Below, in pieces: positions 27,029 through 36,963 of a stretch of DNA of 64,000 nt; within the stretch, counting starts at the first letter, position 1, and each line of letters begins with the position of its first letter. Below the pieces are notes generated by a model. That model made no database searches and was not told the DNA's origin. It saw nothing but the letters and a program-made list of their open reading frames with translations. The position numbers and the translations under genes were made by a program. The stretch comes from Nanobdellota archaeon (GTDB taxonomy: Archaea > Nanobdellota > Nanobdellia > Pacearchaeales > GW2011-AR1), in NCBI GenBank assembly GCA_043810695.1, contig JBDRNV010000002.1, positions 5,015-69,014 of the forward strand. The letters are read 5' to 3'.

Positions 27029-27322
27029 TTAATTCGTAGAATATTTGCTAATTATTGGCTCACTATAAAATTCATATAATCTATTATCCCCACTTACAAC
27101 ATTAATTGCCTGTATTGTTCTCTGCCTTTGTTCTTTAGGTATAGAATCTAAAATTCTTTCCAACTCATTAGCCTTTTTTTGTTGCTCTCGTTTAAATTTC
27201 TCTGATTCCTCTCTCTGTGTTTCTCTTATGTTTTTGACGATTTTATATGATGAAGTAACAAATAATATTCCACATGCTAAAATTCCACCCCCACAAATAT
27301 AATTCAAAATTTCATTTTCCAT
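27029..27322 (-). CDS. small membrane + coiled-coil protein
   Basis: N-terminal TM, charged helix. Confidence 0.35.
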   Translation of the reverse strand: MENEILNYICGGGILACGILFVTSSYKIVKNIRETQREESEKFKREQQKKANELERILDSIPKEQRQRTIQAINVVSGDNRLYEFYSEPIISKYSTN

Positions 27323-27418
27323 TGATTAAAATTAGATTCTATAGTTTAAATATTTTATTAAAATTTAAACTTTTAAGTTAATCTATAGAAATATAAAGAT
27401 AAAAAGATTTATTCAAAA

Positions 27419-28033
27419 ATGAACAAATCAGAACTAATAGAACAGCTAAAAAGAATGGGTTTTTCAGAAAAAATCCTTGAGGCTTTTTCTTTAATTAAAA
27501 GAGAAAAATTTGTTTCAGAAGAGCTTCAAAAAAAAGCTTATGATGACACAGCTCTTCCTATTGGACACGGACAAACAATTTCTCAGCCATATACAATTGC
27601 TTTAATGCTTTCAGAACTGGATTTAAAAGAAGGACAAAAAATACTTGAAATAGGCTCTGGTTCTGGTTATGTTCTTGTACTTCTTTCCTATATACTTGGA
27701 CAAAAGAGTAAAATATTTGGGTTAGAAGTGATAAAACAGCTTGCAAAAAAATCAAAAGAAAATCTTGAGGATTATGGAAATATAAAGATTTACAATAAAA
27801 ATGGTTTTAACGGATTGCCTGATGAAGCACCTTTTGATAGAATTCTTATTAGTGCAGCTGCCCGTGAAATTCCAAAGAAAATTTTAAATCAGCTTAAGGA
27901 TGGTGGAATTCTTGTTGCTCCCAAAGGGCCTGTTTTTGAGCAGAATATTGTTGTGATTCAGAGACAAGGAGACAAATTTGTTACAAAAACAGAAATTCCT
28001 GGTTTTGTCTTTGTGCCGTTTGTTGAAGGGTAG
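27419..28033 (+). CDS. pcm: protein-L-isoaspartate O-methyltransferase
   Basis: 'GHGQTISQPYTIALMLSEL' and 'ILEIGSGSGY'. Confidence 0.85.
   Translation: MNKSELIEQLKRMGFSEKILEAFSLIKREKFVSEELQKKAYDDTALPIGHGQTISQPYTIALMLSELDLKEGQKILEIGSGSGYVLVLLSYILGQKSKIFGLEVIKQLAKKSKENLEDYGNIKIYNKNGFNGLPDEAPFDRILISAAAREIPKKILNQLKDGGILVAPKGPVFEQNIVVIQRQGDKFVTKTEIPGFVFVPFVEG
28001..28033. repeat. pcm 3' end (genuine)
   Basis: 20-nt core tttgtgccgtttgttgaagg (28010-28029) is identical to 28713-28732. Confidence 0.85.
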
Positions 28034-28070
28034 AAAGATTTAAGTATATACAAGTATTACATGTATTACA

Positions 28071-28322
28071 ATGGACGATGCCATAATATCTTTAAGAGTA
28101 GACAAAGAACTTAGAAAGAAAATGAGAGCGCAGGAGGAAGTTAACTGGAGTGCTATCTTAAGAAGAGCTATAATGGAAAATATTGAAAATAAAGAAAAAG
28201 TTGATTTGGAAAAAAGAAAAAAAGCCATAGAGGCAATGGATAAACTTAGAAAATCCAGGGCATTTGACCATGGCAAAAATAGCACATTAAGAATAAGAGA
28301 ATGGAGAAACAAGAGAAGGTAA
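28071..28322 (+). CDS. vapB: VapB-like antitoxin
   Basis: 'ISLRVDKELRKKM' RHH-like N-terminus; overlaps PIN gene. Confidence 0.6.
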   Translation: MDDAIISLRVDKELRKKMRAQEEVNWSAILRRAIMENIENKEKVDLEKRKKAIEAMDKLRKSRAFDHGKNSTLRIREWRNKRR

Positions 28323-28708
28323 TAGATGCTTCAGTAATAGTTAAATGGTTTCTTGATGAAGAAAATTCTGATACTGCAAGAATATTAAGGTCGGAATTAG
28401 CAAAAGAAAATTTAATATTGATTGTTCCTGATTTATTATTCTTAGAAGTCTTAAATACTTTAAGATATAAAATGGTGAAAAAAGATGATCTAATAAAGGC
28501 TAATGAGATACTGGCTGGACTGAGTTTAAAGACAGTAAGAGTAAATAAAGAAATTATGTCAAAGACAATAGAAAACTCTGTGAAATACAAAATAACTATT
28601 TACGATGCCTTGTACATCACATTGGCACAAATTCATGGGACATTTTTGGTAACTGCAGATAAAGAACTGTATAAAGTTCCTAATGTGATTGCCTTGGAGA
28701 AGGTTTAG
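28301..28708 (+). CDS. vapC: PIN-domain VapC toxin
   Basis: 'VIDASVIVKWFLDEE' N-terminal acidic PIN motif; later 'YDALYITLA'. Confidence 0.75.
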   Translation: MEKQEKVIDASVIVKWFLDEENSDTARILRSELAKENLILIVPDLLFLEVLNTLRYKMVKKDDLIKANEILAGLSLKTVRVNKEIMSKTIENSVKYKITIYDALYITLAQIHGTFLVTADKELYKVPNVIALEKV

Positions 28709-28736
28709 AGTTTTTGTGCCGTTTGTTGAAGGAGAA
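28702..28736. repeat. copy of pcm 3' end closing the vapBC cassette
   Basis: ggtttagagtttttgtgccgtttgttgaaggagaa. Confidence 0.85.
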
Positions 28737-28745
28737 TTTATCTTT

Positions 28746-28970
28746 TTATGAAAGAGCTATAGATATCATTGTTCCAGAAATTAACATACCATTGTATAAA
28801 TATAATGTTGCTTCTCTTATCTTTTTTTCCTTTGCATGTTCTTTAAAATTTGATTCTTCATAAACTCTTGAACAATAATTAACTATGCCATAAACAGGAA
28901 TAAAATCTTTAGATTGTAATTTATAATAAGGCTTTGATTTTTTTGTTCTGTTTTCTAAATTTTCTGCCAT
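28746..28970 (-). CDS. small C-terminally anchored protein, MAENLEN paralog 1
   Basis: Shares the first 7 codons and upstream nt with 28973..29185. Confidence 0.4.
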   Translation of the reverse strand: MAENLENRTKKSKPYYKLQSKDFIPVYGIVNYCSRVYEESNFKEHAKEKKIREATLYLYNGMLISGTMISIALS

Positions 28971-28972
28971 TT

Positions 28973-29185
28973 TTATTTTAATAAAAGATATCCTATAGAA
29001 AATAATATATCATTACATACAATTATTCCCAAACTTCTTTTTAAAGGATTAATTAACTCTTTTATAGATTTGGCATTTTCACCGCATCTTTTGGCATGTC
29101 TATAAATTCCATAAAGAGGTATTAAATCAGGATTAGGATGTATTTTATAAAATTCCTTTGCCCCATTTTCTAAATTTTCTGCCAT
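28973..29185 (-). CDS. small C-terminally anchored protein, MAENLEN paralog 2
   Basis: Tandem paralog; 'IPLYGIY' vs 'IPVYGIV'. Confidence 0.4.
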   Translation of the reverse strand: MAENLENGAKEFYKIHPNPDLIPLYGIYRHAKRCGENAKSIKELINPLKRSLGIIVCNDILFSIGYLLLK

Positions 29186-29188
29186 TTT

Positions 29189-29485
29189 TTAAAGTTCAGC
29201 TAATCTTATATCAAATTTTTTTTCTAATTTTGATTTTGTTTTCCTGCACCCATCTTCTTCTCCGGTTATATCAACAAAAATTTCAGGTGAGGTCTCATAT
29301 CCTATTATTATAACAGTTGTATTTCCTAATTTCTCTCCAAAATGATAAATAGATCCAATATTAGTTCCCATTTGTATTTTATGCCTAATTATTTGTATAG
29401 CATCTCCAAATGCTTTTCTGATATAACTTCCAGTAGTCAACTCTTTTTCTCTTTTTCCAATAGCCATATATCTTATATTTTCCAT
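29189..29485 (-). CDS. hypothetical protein
   Basis: 98-aa ORF 3 nt upstream of the paralog pair. Confidence 0.35.
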   Translation of the reverse strand: MENIRYMAIGKREKELTTGSYIRKAFGDAIQIIRHKIQMGTNIGSIYHFGEKLGNTTVIIIGYETSPEIFVDITGEEDGCRKTKSKLEKKFDIRLAEL

Positions 29486-29548
29486 CTTATCTCTTCATAA
29501 AAAGAAAGAGAGAAAGTTAAATAAAAAAATAAAAAATAAAAAAGGAAT

Positions 29549-30793
29549 TTAGTAATAACTTTCTCCGAATTCTTCAGTTTTTCTTGGTTTCTTTCCAATC
29601 AGTATAATTAACACGACTAGCAATACAATAAAGATTATTGCCAATACAACTGTTAAAACAACGATTGGGCTTGTAGCACTTTTTCCTTCAAAAGTTTTGC
29701 TGAAGTTAACTGTATCAACCAGTGATCCATCTGAAGCAAATATACTTATAGAATAAGCATATGTTCCAGCGACATCTGCGGTTGCATCAACTGTAACTGT
29801 TTTGCTTGAACCTGCAGCAACTGCAACAAGGCTCTCACTCAAACTTACAGATACTCCACTAGTTGTCTGTGGAACAAGTCTGTAAACAACCAATTCATTT
29901 GTAGGATTTACAATAAGAAGCTGGTTTCCAGATACAATAAAGTTTCCTTCAGAAAAAGCGTTTTTGATAAAGACTTGAACAGTTTTACTTTCTACAACAT
30001 CTCCGTTCTCAACCTTTACCTCAAGGGCGTAGACACCTGATTTGGCATCATAAGGAAGCTGAACAAATACTCTTCCAGATGTAGTTTCTCTGTCATCTTC
30101 ATTACACTTTCTTTCAATGTCAACACCGTAGTTTTCTATTGCATCATATCGGTCATCACATTCAAGTGCAACAAGATCTCCAAAGAAAGCTGTTCTTTCT
30201 AGATTCAATGCAGAAATTCTAACAGTAACAAATAAGTCATTAAGGTCATTGTAACCTTTATTCTTCAAAACAATATCTACAGGGAAATTTTCTCCTGCAT
30301 TAAGTGTTTGAGGAATACTTATTGACATTATATCTGCGTTGTAAGATTCTCTCTGTATTCTCAACTGATAAGTTTTTTCTGATTTGTAGCCGCTTCCACT
30401 TATCTTAACGTTAAGATCAACAAAGTCACTAAGTTCGTCTGCAAGATCAAATGGAACATCAAGTCTTAAAGACTTGCTGTATCTCTGTCCTGATTCAACG
30501 TCAAAAGGTGCTGTTTCTGCATTAACATCTTTCTTATCGCCTTCTATTTCTACTTCTACTGTAATATCAGATGCATTAACAGCTGATCTAAACTCAACTC
30601 TTATAAGTATTGAGTCTCCAACAACAATTGCTGGATTGAAATTAGCAAGAGTTCCATCAACTTCTGTTTGGATTCCTCCACAACCTACAACCTCTTGAGC
30701 ACTTACAGTACTAATAAGAAATAAAACGCTTACAAGCAATACCAAAAAAGCTAAAAGCTTTTTCATATTCATCTTGTTTTTCTCGTTTTTCAT
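29549..30793 (-). CDS. secreted cell-surface (S-layer-like) protein with C-terminal TM anchor
   Basis: Signal peptide ..STVSAQE, beta-rich Ig/CARDB-like body, 'IVVLTVVLAIIFIVLLVVLIILIGKKPRK' anchor; G+C visibly above neighbours. Confidence 0.5.
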   Translation of the reverse strand: MKNEKNKMNMKKLLAFLVLLVSVLFLISTVSAQEVVGCGGIQTEVDGTLANFNPAIVVGDSILIRVEFRSAVNASDITVEVEIEGDKKDVNAETAPFDVESGQRYSKSLRLDVPFDLADELSDFVDLNVKISGSGYKSEKTYQLRIQRESYNADIMSISIPQTLNAGENFPVDIVLKNKGYNDLNDLFVTVRISALNLERTAFFGDLVALECDDRYDAIENYGVDIERKCNEDDRETTSGRVFVQLPYDAKSGVYALEVKVENGDVVESKTVQVFIKNAFSEGNFIVSGNQLLIVNPTNELVVYRLVPQTTSGVSVSLSESLVAVAAGSSKTVTVDATADVAGTYAYSISIFASDGSLVDTVNFSKTFEGKSATSPIVVLTVVLAIIFIVLLVVLIILIGKKPRKTEEFGESYY

Positions 30794-30950
30794 ATTTATT
30801 TTTTGTCAAAAGACTAAGTCTTTTGTTAGTTTTACAAACCTAAAAATCCCTTATAAACTTTATGGTGATAACATGTAATATTAATTTAATAGTACTAAAT
30901 GTGAGTAACAATTAGTTAAAAAGCTTTTTCCGACGAAAATAAATAAATTT

Positions 30951-31184
30951 TTATTTTATTTTAAGATATTTATAACCTTCTGGTTCTAAGCTATAATCCA
31001 CTTTTCCATCTTTAAAATGTCTTTCTTCTATTAGATTTTTTTCTTCAAGCTCTATTAATATCAATTTTAATTCTTTCCAAGAAAATTTTATGTTTTTATC
31101 TTCTAATTGTTTCTTTAATTCTAAAAATGTTAAGCCTTCTTCCCCTTTAAGAATTTGCAATATATTAAATTTTAAATCTGTCAT
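30951..31184 (-). CDS. small winged-helix DNA-binding protein
   Basis: 'ILQILKGEEGLTFLELKKQL...' wHTH pattern. Confidence 0.45.
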   Translation of the reverse strand: MTDLKFNILQILKGEEGLTFLELKKQLEDKNIKFSWKELKLILIELEEKNLIEERHFKDGKVDYSLEPEGYKYLKIK

Positions 31185-31223
31185 AATTTAAAAAATGTTT
31201 AATAGATAATAAACTTTACTATT

Positions 31224-32015
31224 TTAGGATAAGTTTCTTTCCTTTATGTCCTCGTAAATTTTAACCCCCAAAACAGAATCTTTTACAGGAGCAGGGCTTT
31301 CATTTATTATAACATTCTCTTTGTCCGTCGGCAAATTCAATATTAATTCTTTCAGATCATTTTCAGGAGTTTCTTTATGATATTTTTCTCCTTTCTCTCC
31401 ATATTCTATTCCTGAAAAATGTATATGCATTTCTTTGTATTTGCTGAATTTTTTTAGAGTTTCTTCAAAATTATATTTTTTTTCTCTTGCTAAAATATGT
31501 GCAAAATCTATGCAAAAACTGCATCCTGTTTCTTCACATAATTTAAGAATTTCATCAACACTTCCAAAAACATTTACTTTTCCTGTTGTTTCAGGCGCTA
31601 ACTTAGGAGAGTATTTTCTTGCCTTTATTTCAGCCTGTAAATTATTAATCTCATTTTTTATTTTTTCATATGTTTCTTTTTTATCTTTTTTTCCATAATA
31701 TCCAGGATGAAAAACAACCCTATAAGCGTCAAGCAATGTTCCAATCTCACAACATTTAAGAATTCTTTCCTTACTTTTTTCAACCTTTTCCTTATCCTCT
31801 GAATTAAGGTTTATCCAGTAAGGAGCATGTATGCTTAACTTTATTCCTAATTTTTTTGCAGCCTTTCCTATTCTGACTGCATCTTCTTTTTCCTTTATGT
31901 ATATACCATAAGTGAACGCTATCTCGCATGCTTCCAAGCCAAGTTCATTATATTTTTCAAGATTATAAACAGCTTCCTTCACACCGCCTAATCCAGCTGG
32001 CCCGAATTTTATCAT
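31224..32015 (-). CDS. AP-endonuclease-2 / xylose-isomerase-like TIM-barrel protein (Nfo-like)
   Basis: 'SIHAPYWINL', 'VVFHPGYY', 'IDFAHI' metal-ligand pattern. Confidence 0.55.
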   Translation of the reverse strand: MIKFGPAGLGGVKEAVYNLEKYNELGLEACEIAFTYGIYIKEKEDAVRIGKAAKKLGIKLSIHAPYWINLNSEDKEKVEKSKERILKCCEIGTLLDAYRVVFHPGYYGKKDKKETYEKIKNEINNLQAEIKARKYSPKLAPETTGKVNVFGSVDEILKLCEETGCSFCIDFAHILAREKKYNFEETLKKFSKYKEMHIHFSGIEYGEKGEKYHKETPENDLKELILNLPTDKENVIINESPAPVKDSVLGVKIYEDIKERNLS

Positions 32016-32065
32016 GACCTCTCAAGAACAATAATCAATAAAAAGGTTTGTGTAGGTTTGATATT

Positions 32066-32302
32066 ATGGGAGAACAAAAACAACTAGAAGAAATGGGTTT
32101 AGGAGAATTGGTTAATGTATTAGTTACATTAAAAGATGAATTTAGGGGAAGAATAGTGGATGAAAATCATCCCCGCCCAGAAACATGGGAAAAATATGGT
32201 GGAATTCATGCATATAATGAAGGAATTCGGAGAGAATATAAGCACCGACGAGAAGTATTAATTTTAGAGCTAAATAAAAGAGAACAAAGTTATTCTAGAT
32301 AA
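32066..32302 (+). CDS. hypothetical protein
   Basis: Tracked start 32048 is TTG; ATG at 32066. Confidence 0.3.
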   Translation: MGEQKQLEEMGLGELVNVLVTLKDEFRGRIVDENHPRPETWEKYGGIHAYNEGIRREYKHRREVLILELNKREQSYSR

Positions 32303-32377
32303 AAAAAGCATTCAAAAAATATAACAAATCGGGTTAAAATAGGTTAGATAGATTCTAAAACACTTTTTAAATTAACA

Positions 32378-34873
32378 TTAAGTTGCAAGACGTAAGAGAG
32401 GAAATGTCTTAATATATTTACAAGAACCATCTAACATACATGTAAAACCGCTTTGACAACTACAAATATAACATTTATTGATCAATATTCCTGTGTCTGT
32501 ACAATATTTTGGACTTGTTGTAGAACATCTATTAAAAGGTGTACCATCTAAACAAGAACCAGTAATTATACTAAAGATTCCTTCTTGATTAGACTCTGCA
32601 TATCTACTTTCATTATCAAAAAACTTGCAGTTCCAGGTATAAGTAGTGTTGCTAGTTGGATTAAAGCTCTTATTAAATGTTTGGACACTAAATTTTCCGC
32701 TAATTATTCTAGTCTCGCTTAAAACAGGACCTATACCAGGAGTGTCTACCCATAATTCAACCTTGTTTAAATTTTTATCATCACTAGCATTACACTTAAA
32801 AAAGATTTTCAACGGATTCATAAAGCTCTGGTTCAATGGTGAAATTAGTTTAACTATTGGTGGTTCATTAGGTTCAATACTCTGGCAATTTAGATTATCG
32901 CTTGAAACATATGGACCTAATGCTCCATTAGAATCATCACAATCTTTTTCTGCTTTACAAAATAAAGGACATGTATCTGGTTTTTCATCTGTGATTCCCC
33001 AATTGCAATATTCATCATTATCATTATCCACGCATCTTATTTCATTAGTGAATCCTTCTGGCCAATAATTAGAATCTGTAGGAGGAGTATAAGGCCCAAT
33101 ATTTAATGTACCATCTGCTAAATTACCAAGAGATAATGCTATTTTTGTATATCCATTTTCTCCCCATTCACTGCCCCAACTATTTTTAAATATCCAGTAA
33201 TTATCTCCTTGACTTGGAGTATATTCAGATATTTCTGTAAAATAACCATTATTTGATGCACTGCATTCTAATTCGCCTTCAATTAAAGGTTGTTTAGGCT
33301 GACATTGGTTGTTAATACACATTTCATTAATTCCACAAGGTGAATAATAATCCCAGTTTATTGTCCATTCATTATTACCAGGCGATAATTCCTGACAAAA
33401 ATAAGTATAAACACCGCTATAATTCCAATCTTCAAGATATGTATCTACACACACATTCATAGATGCTCCAAGATTACTGCACACTTTATTCATACATTCT
33501 TTTGTTGCATTGCATAATTGATCAAAACTGCAGTTTTGAATAGTTTTCCAGTCACTTCTTCCATTATATCCAACTAATACCATTGCATGATTCCAAGATT
33601 TAATATCGCTGAATAATGGGCCTTTTTCTATTAACAATTTTTTGAATTCTTCTTCTGAAGGATCAATTGTTTGTTTTGGACAAGTAGGAGTACCAAAAGA
33701 ACTCATAAATTTATAATCGTGGAAATCAGAATTTTTCCAAATTCTATTTTGCCAATCACTACATATATATTCTGTATTACAATAATCTGGATTAATATCT
33801 CTTTGAACATATGGATCACATGCTTCATCAGAAATACCATGCTGGCTTATTACACAAGAAGTATAACCAGGATAACACATATTATCTCCTGAACATTCAG
33901 GATAAACTCCAAAGCTCATACCTATTGGTAATGTTGTTTCACTAATACAATCTACTAATTGCTGCTCAGAAAGATCTGTATCAACATGTTGATTATTATA
34001 AACATTGATTTGTGATTCTATAGCACCTATTGTAGCAAATGCCCAACAAGTTCCTGCACTACCTTGATTTTTTATAGATGTTAACCAATTTTCACCATGT
34101 ACATTTCTCCAATCCCATGAATCTGGAACAATTATATCTGACGTAGATTCTATTGATTGTTCACCATCTGATTTTAGAACAAAGATTCCTCCTTTATAAT
34201 ATTCAAATCCTTGAAGATTAGGTAAATATTCAGGAACTATCCCCTCTTGATTTCTAAACAAATTTTTCTTCTCCCCATAACTTAATTTAGATACAGAAGT
34301 TTCTCCAGCAATCCAAGAATTTTGAATACTATTAATTGCATCAATTTTAAATTTGATTTGGCTTTCTAATAATTCTTCTGCAGACATTATTGTATTAATT
34401 TTTTTATCAGCAGTCAAATAATTAATAGAATTCAAAACAAGTTTAGCATTTTCAATTTGAATCTTTAATTTTTTTGGAGCTATTGAATTTAAAATACAAG
34501 TTTCTGAACAGAGATTATTAATACTAAATAATTTTCTAGGTTCAATAGCAGGATAAGATTCAAAAATCAGATATTCGTGATTATTTTCATCAACTAAAAT
34601 AATTCGAACAAGACTATAATCAGAATAAAATTCAATATTAGCATTTAGAGATAAAGATTTTATATCTGAATTAATATTTAAACAAATAATTTTATTTGAA
34701 AGGGCTATCTGATTGATATTTAATGCAGACAAAGAATCACTAGTTGGAATATTAAAAATTGAAGAAGTTTTGCTAATGTCATCTTCAACAGAAGAAGATA
34801 CTATAGCTTGAACATAAATCAAATTAAAAATAATAAAAAATACAGGCAAAATATAAATTGATTTAATTTCCAT
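32378..34873 (-). CDS. secreted papain-like (C1) cysteine protease with Cys-rich and Ig-like C-terminal domains
   Basis: Signal peptide; '[17 protein letters not shown]' catalytic Cys motif; 'HAMVLVGY' His motif; '[12 protein letters not shown]'. Confidence 0.75.
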   Translation of the reverse strand: MEIKSIYILPVFFIIFNLIYVQAIVSSSVEDDISKTSSIFNIPTSDSLSALNINQIALSNKIICLNINSDIKSLSLNANIEFYSDYSLVRIILVDENNHEYLIFESYPAIEPRKLFSINNLCSETCILNSIAPKKLKIQIENAKLVLNSINYLTADKKINTIMSAEELLESQIKFKIDAINSIQNSWIAGETSVSKLSYGEKKNLFRNQEGIVPEYLPNLQGFEYYKGGIFVLKSDGEQSIESTSDIIVPDSWDWRNVHGENWLTSIKNQGSAGTCWAFATIGAIESQINVYNNQHVDTDLSEQQLVDCISETTLPIGMSFGVYPECSGDNMCYPGYTSCVISQHGISDEACDPYVQRDINPDYCNTEYICSDWQNRIWKNSDFHDYKFMSSFGTPTCPKQTIDPSEEEFKKLLIEKGPLFSDIKSWNHAMVLVGYNGRSDWKTIQNCSFDQLCNATKECMNKVCSNLGASMNVCVDTYLEDWNYSGVYTYFCQELSPGNNEWTINWDYYSPCGINEMCINNQCQPKQPLIEGELECSASNNGYFTEISEYTPSQGDNYWIFKNSWGSEWGENGYTKIALSLGNLADGTLNIGPYTPPTDSNYWPEGFTNEIRCVDNDNDEYCNWGITDEKPDTCPLFCKAEKDCDDSNGALGPYVSSDNLNCQSIEPNEPPIVKLISPLNQSFMNPLKIFFKCNASDDKNLNKVELWVDTPGIGPVLSETRIISGKFSVQTFNKSFNPTSNTTYTWNCKFFDNESRYAESNQEGIFSIITGSCLDGTPFNRCSTTSPKYCTDTGILINKCYICSCQSGFTCMLDGSCKYIKTFPLLRLAT

Positions 34874-34980
34874 TTTATAATTAAAGTATAAAATAGTATA
34901 TTATTTAAAGATTTATATAAAAATTCTTAAGAAACTCTTATTATAACAATATCTAAAAACTCTTCTTTAATAAAAATACA

Positions 34981-35244
34981 ATGATAACTCTGGAAGATAG
35001 AACTGAACAAATTTCAACTCTTAAAGAAAAGTGTATTGATGATAAAGAACATCAGCTTGAGTCATTTATTTATGAGGGTCAAAAAAGTGATTTTGAAGAT
35101 GTTTGTGCAAAGTGCGGGGATTTTAAGATAAATATTCCTTTGATTTGTTTTCGTAAAGGTTTATTGCATTATATTGATTCTCCAAGATATCAAGATTTAT
35201 CAGAGTATTCGGAGCATATAAAAAAGAAGAATAAAATTATATAA
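34981..35244 (+). CDS. hypothetical protein
   Basis: 87-aa ORF, 3' end overlaps fabD 3' end. Confidence 0.3.
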   Translation: MITLEDRTEQISTLKEKCIDDKEHQLESFIYEGQKSDFEDVCAKCGDFKINIPLICFRKGLLHYIDSPRYQDLSEYSEHIKKKNKII

Positions 35245-36160
35245 TAACTCTCTTCTCTAAAACTTCAATTCTTTTATCCTGATAATCTCTTTGTAATAAT
35301 TTTGTTTGGATATCTCCAGAACCAGATTCTGCAAATGTCTTAAATCCATCTTGAATTGATTTTTCTAAAGATTGTCTCCACTTTACTGCTCCACATATTT
35401 GCTTAACTAACATATCTTTAATTTGATTAGGTTCATAAACATAATCAGCACAAAAATTTGCTATATAAGGTATTAAAGGTTTCTTAATTAGAACCTCGCT
35501 TAATTCTTCTTTCATACGCATTGCGGCCGGTTTCATAAGTTCTGAATGGAACGGCCCTTCAACCTTAAGGTATCTTATTCTTGATACATCTTTATTGCTT
35601 TTAAGATAACTAACTGCTCTAATTACAGCGTCATTATTTCCAGAAATTACTATTTGAGAAGAAGAATTTATATTCGCAACTTGAACAATATTCTCCTTTA
35701 ACGAACATTTTTTACAAGCATCATAAACCAAATTTAAATTATTAGTTATAATCACAGCCATATGAGAAGTTTTATCCATTTTAGTTTCATTAGGAATACA
35801 TTCATTCATTAGTTTAGCTCTTATTTTTACTAATTTTATTGCATCTTCTAACAATAAAGCACCAGAAGCAACTAAAGCAGAATATTCACCAACTGAATGC
35901 CCGATGGTTAATGAACAAGGAATATATTTTTTCAGTGCAAAGAAATATGCCAAATTGGAGAGTAAGATAGCGGGCTGACAATTAATTGTTTTCGTTAATT
36001 CTTCTTCCGGACCTCTAAACATTAAATCAGTAATATCAAATCCTAAAACTTTATTACCAATTAGAAAAATTTTTCTAGATAAGGGATATTTATCATAAAT
36101 ATCTTTTCCCATTCCAACATTGTGCGATCCTTGACCAGGAAATACATAACAGACTTTCAT
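35237..36160 (-). CDS. fabD: malonyl-CoA:ACP transacylase-like acyltransferase
   Basis: 'VFPGQGSHNVGMG' and 'GHSVGEYSALV' (GHSxG nucleophile elbow). Confidence 0.75.
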   Translation of the reverse strand: MKVCYVFPGQGSHNVGMGKDIYDKYPLSRKIFLIGNKVLGFDITDLMFRGPEEELTKTINCQPAILLSNLAYFFALKKYIPCSLTIGHSVGEYSALVASGALLLEDAIKLVKIRAKLMNECIPNETKMDKTSHMAVIITNNLNLVYDACKKCSLKENIVQVANINSSSQIVISGNNDAVIRAVSYLKSNKDVSRIRYLKVEGPFHSELMKPAAMRMKEELSEVLIKKPLIPYIANFCADYVYEPNQIKDMLVKQICGAVKWRQSLEKSIQDGFKTFAESGSGDIQTKLLQRDYQDKRIEVLEKRVII

Positions 36161-36308
36161 AAAATAGATAAGAAAGGAGAAGATAAAAAGGTTTTGAATT
36201 GATTTGTTGAATCATCTTATTGTATAAATATTTATGTCTGAGTTAAATAAGTTGTTAGTTATTAAGATAATAATATCAAATCAAAAAATTCAACAACTAA
36301 AGACCCAA

Positions 36309-36346
36309 CAGATTAATATTAATGTCTGTTGTTGCCGAAAGTCTTA
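36309..36346. repeat. copy of dnaG 3' end
   Basis: acagattaat...tgtctgttgttgc vs acagactaat...tgtctgttgttgc at 36967-37002 (7-nt gap). Confidence 0.7.
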
Positions 36347-36380
36347 AAAACTTCGAAACTCTGTTATAATTATATACGCT

Positions 36381-36403
36381 CATCCTTGCTTCGGCAAGGG
36401 ATG
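36381..36403 (+). promoter_or_regulatory. UUCG-tetraloop hairpin in the leader of the NYN gene
   Basis: catccttgc-ttcg-gcaagggatg (9 bp, one bulge) between TATA-like ttataattatata and the ATG at 36416. Confidence 0.45.
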
Positions 36404-36415
36404 GGCATTATTTAA

Positions 36416-36961
36416 ATGAAAAGGGTTGCTGTTTTTATAGATGGTAACAATTTTTATTTTGGCTTAAGAAAATTATACGGCAAAAATAAAAGTTTAAAGT
36501 ATTTTGATTTTGAAAAATTCTCTCAATTTTTGGCAGGAAAAGATAAGGTTGTGGATATCTATTATTATAATGCTTTACTTGATAAGGAGCATAATCTAGG
36601 GAAATATAAGAGTCAAAAAGAATTTCTTGAAAAACTAAAAGAAACCCCTAATTTACATCTTGTTCTGTGTAAATTACTTAAAAGGAACATAACTGGAACA
36701 GACAAATTCTATTACATAATAAAGGAAGATGATATAAATATGGCTGTAGATATGGTGGAAAATGCCTACGATGATAATTTTGATATTTCCATTCTTGTAT
36801 CTGGTGATGGTGATTTTGTTCCAGCAGTCCGTTCTGTAAAGAAAAAGGGAAAAATTGTAAAAAATATTTACTTCAAAAATAGCTCATCAAGAAATCTTAA
36901 AAGTTTCTGTGATGAATCTTTTGATTTAACAAAAGAGATATTAGATAAATTCTTTAATTGA
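36416..36961 (+). CDS. NYN/LabA-like nuclease-domain protein
   Basis: 'VAVFIDGNNFYFGL' and 'ILVSGDGDFVPAV' NYN acidic motifs. Confidence 0.7.
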   Translation: MKRVAVFIDGNNFYFGLRKLYGKNKSLKYFDFEKFSQFLAGKDKVVDIYYYNALLDKEHNLGKYKSQKEFLEKLKETPNLHLVLCKLLKRNITGTDKFYYIIKEDDINMAVDMVENAYDDNFDISILVSGDGDFVPAVRSVKKKGKIVKNIYFKNSSSRNLKSFCDESFDLTKEILDKFFN

Positions 36962-36963
36962 AA

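Noticed and set aside
27001-27030. A third copy of the smc terminus after relE
   Set aside because: Similarity is limited to taaaatta and the region is the 3' end of ORF 27029..27322, so it is not distinguishable from chance.
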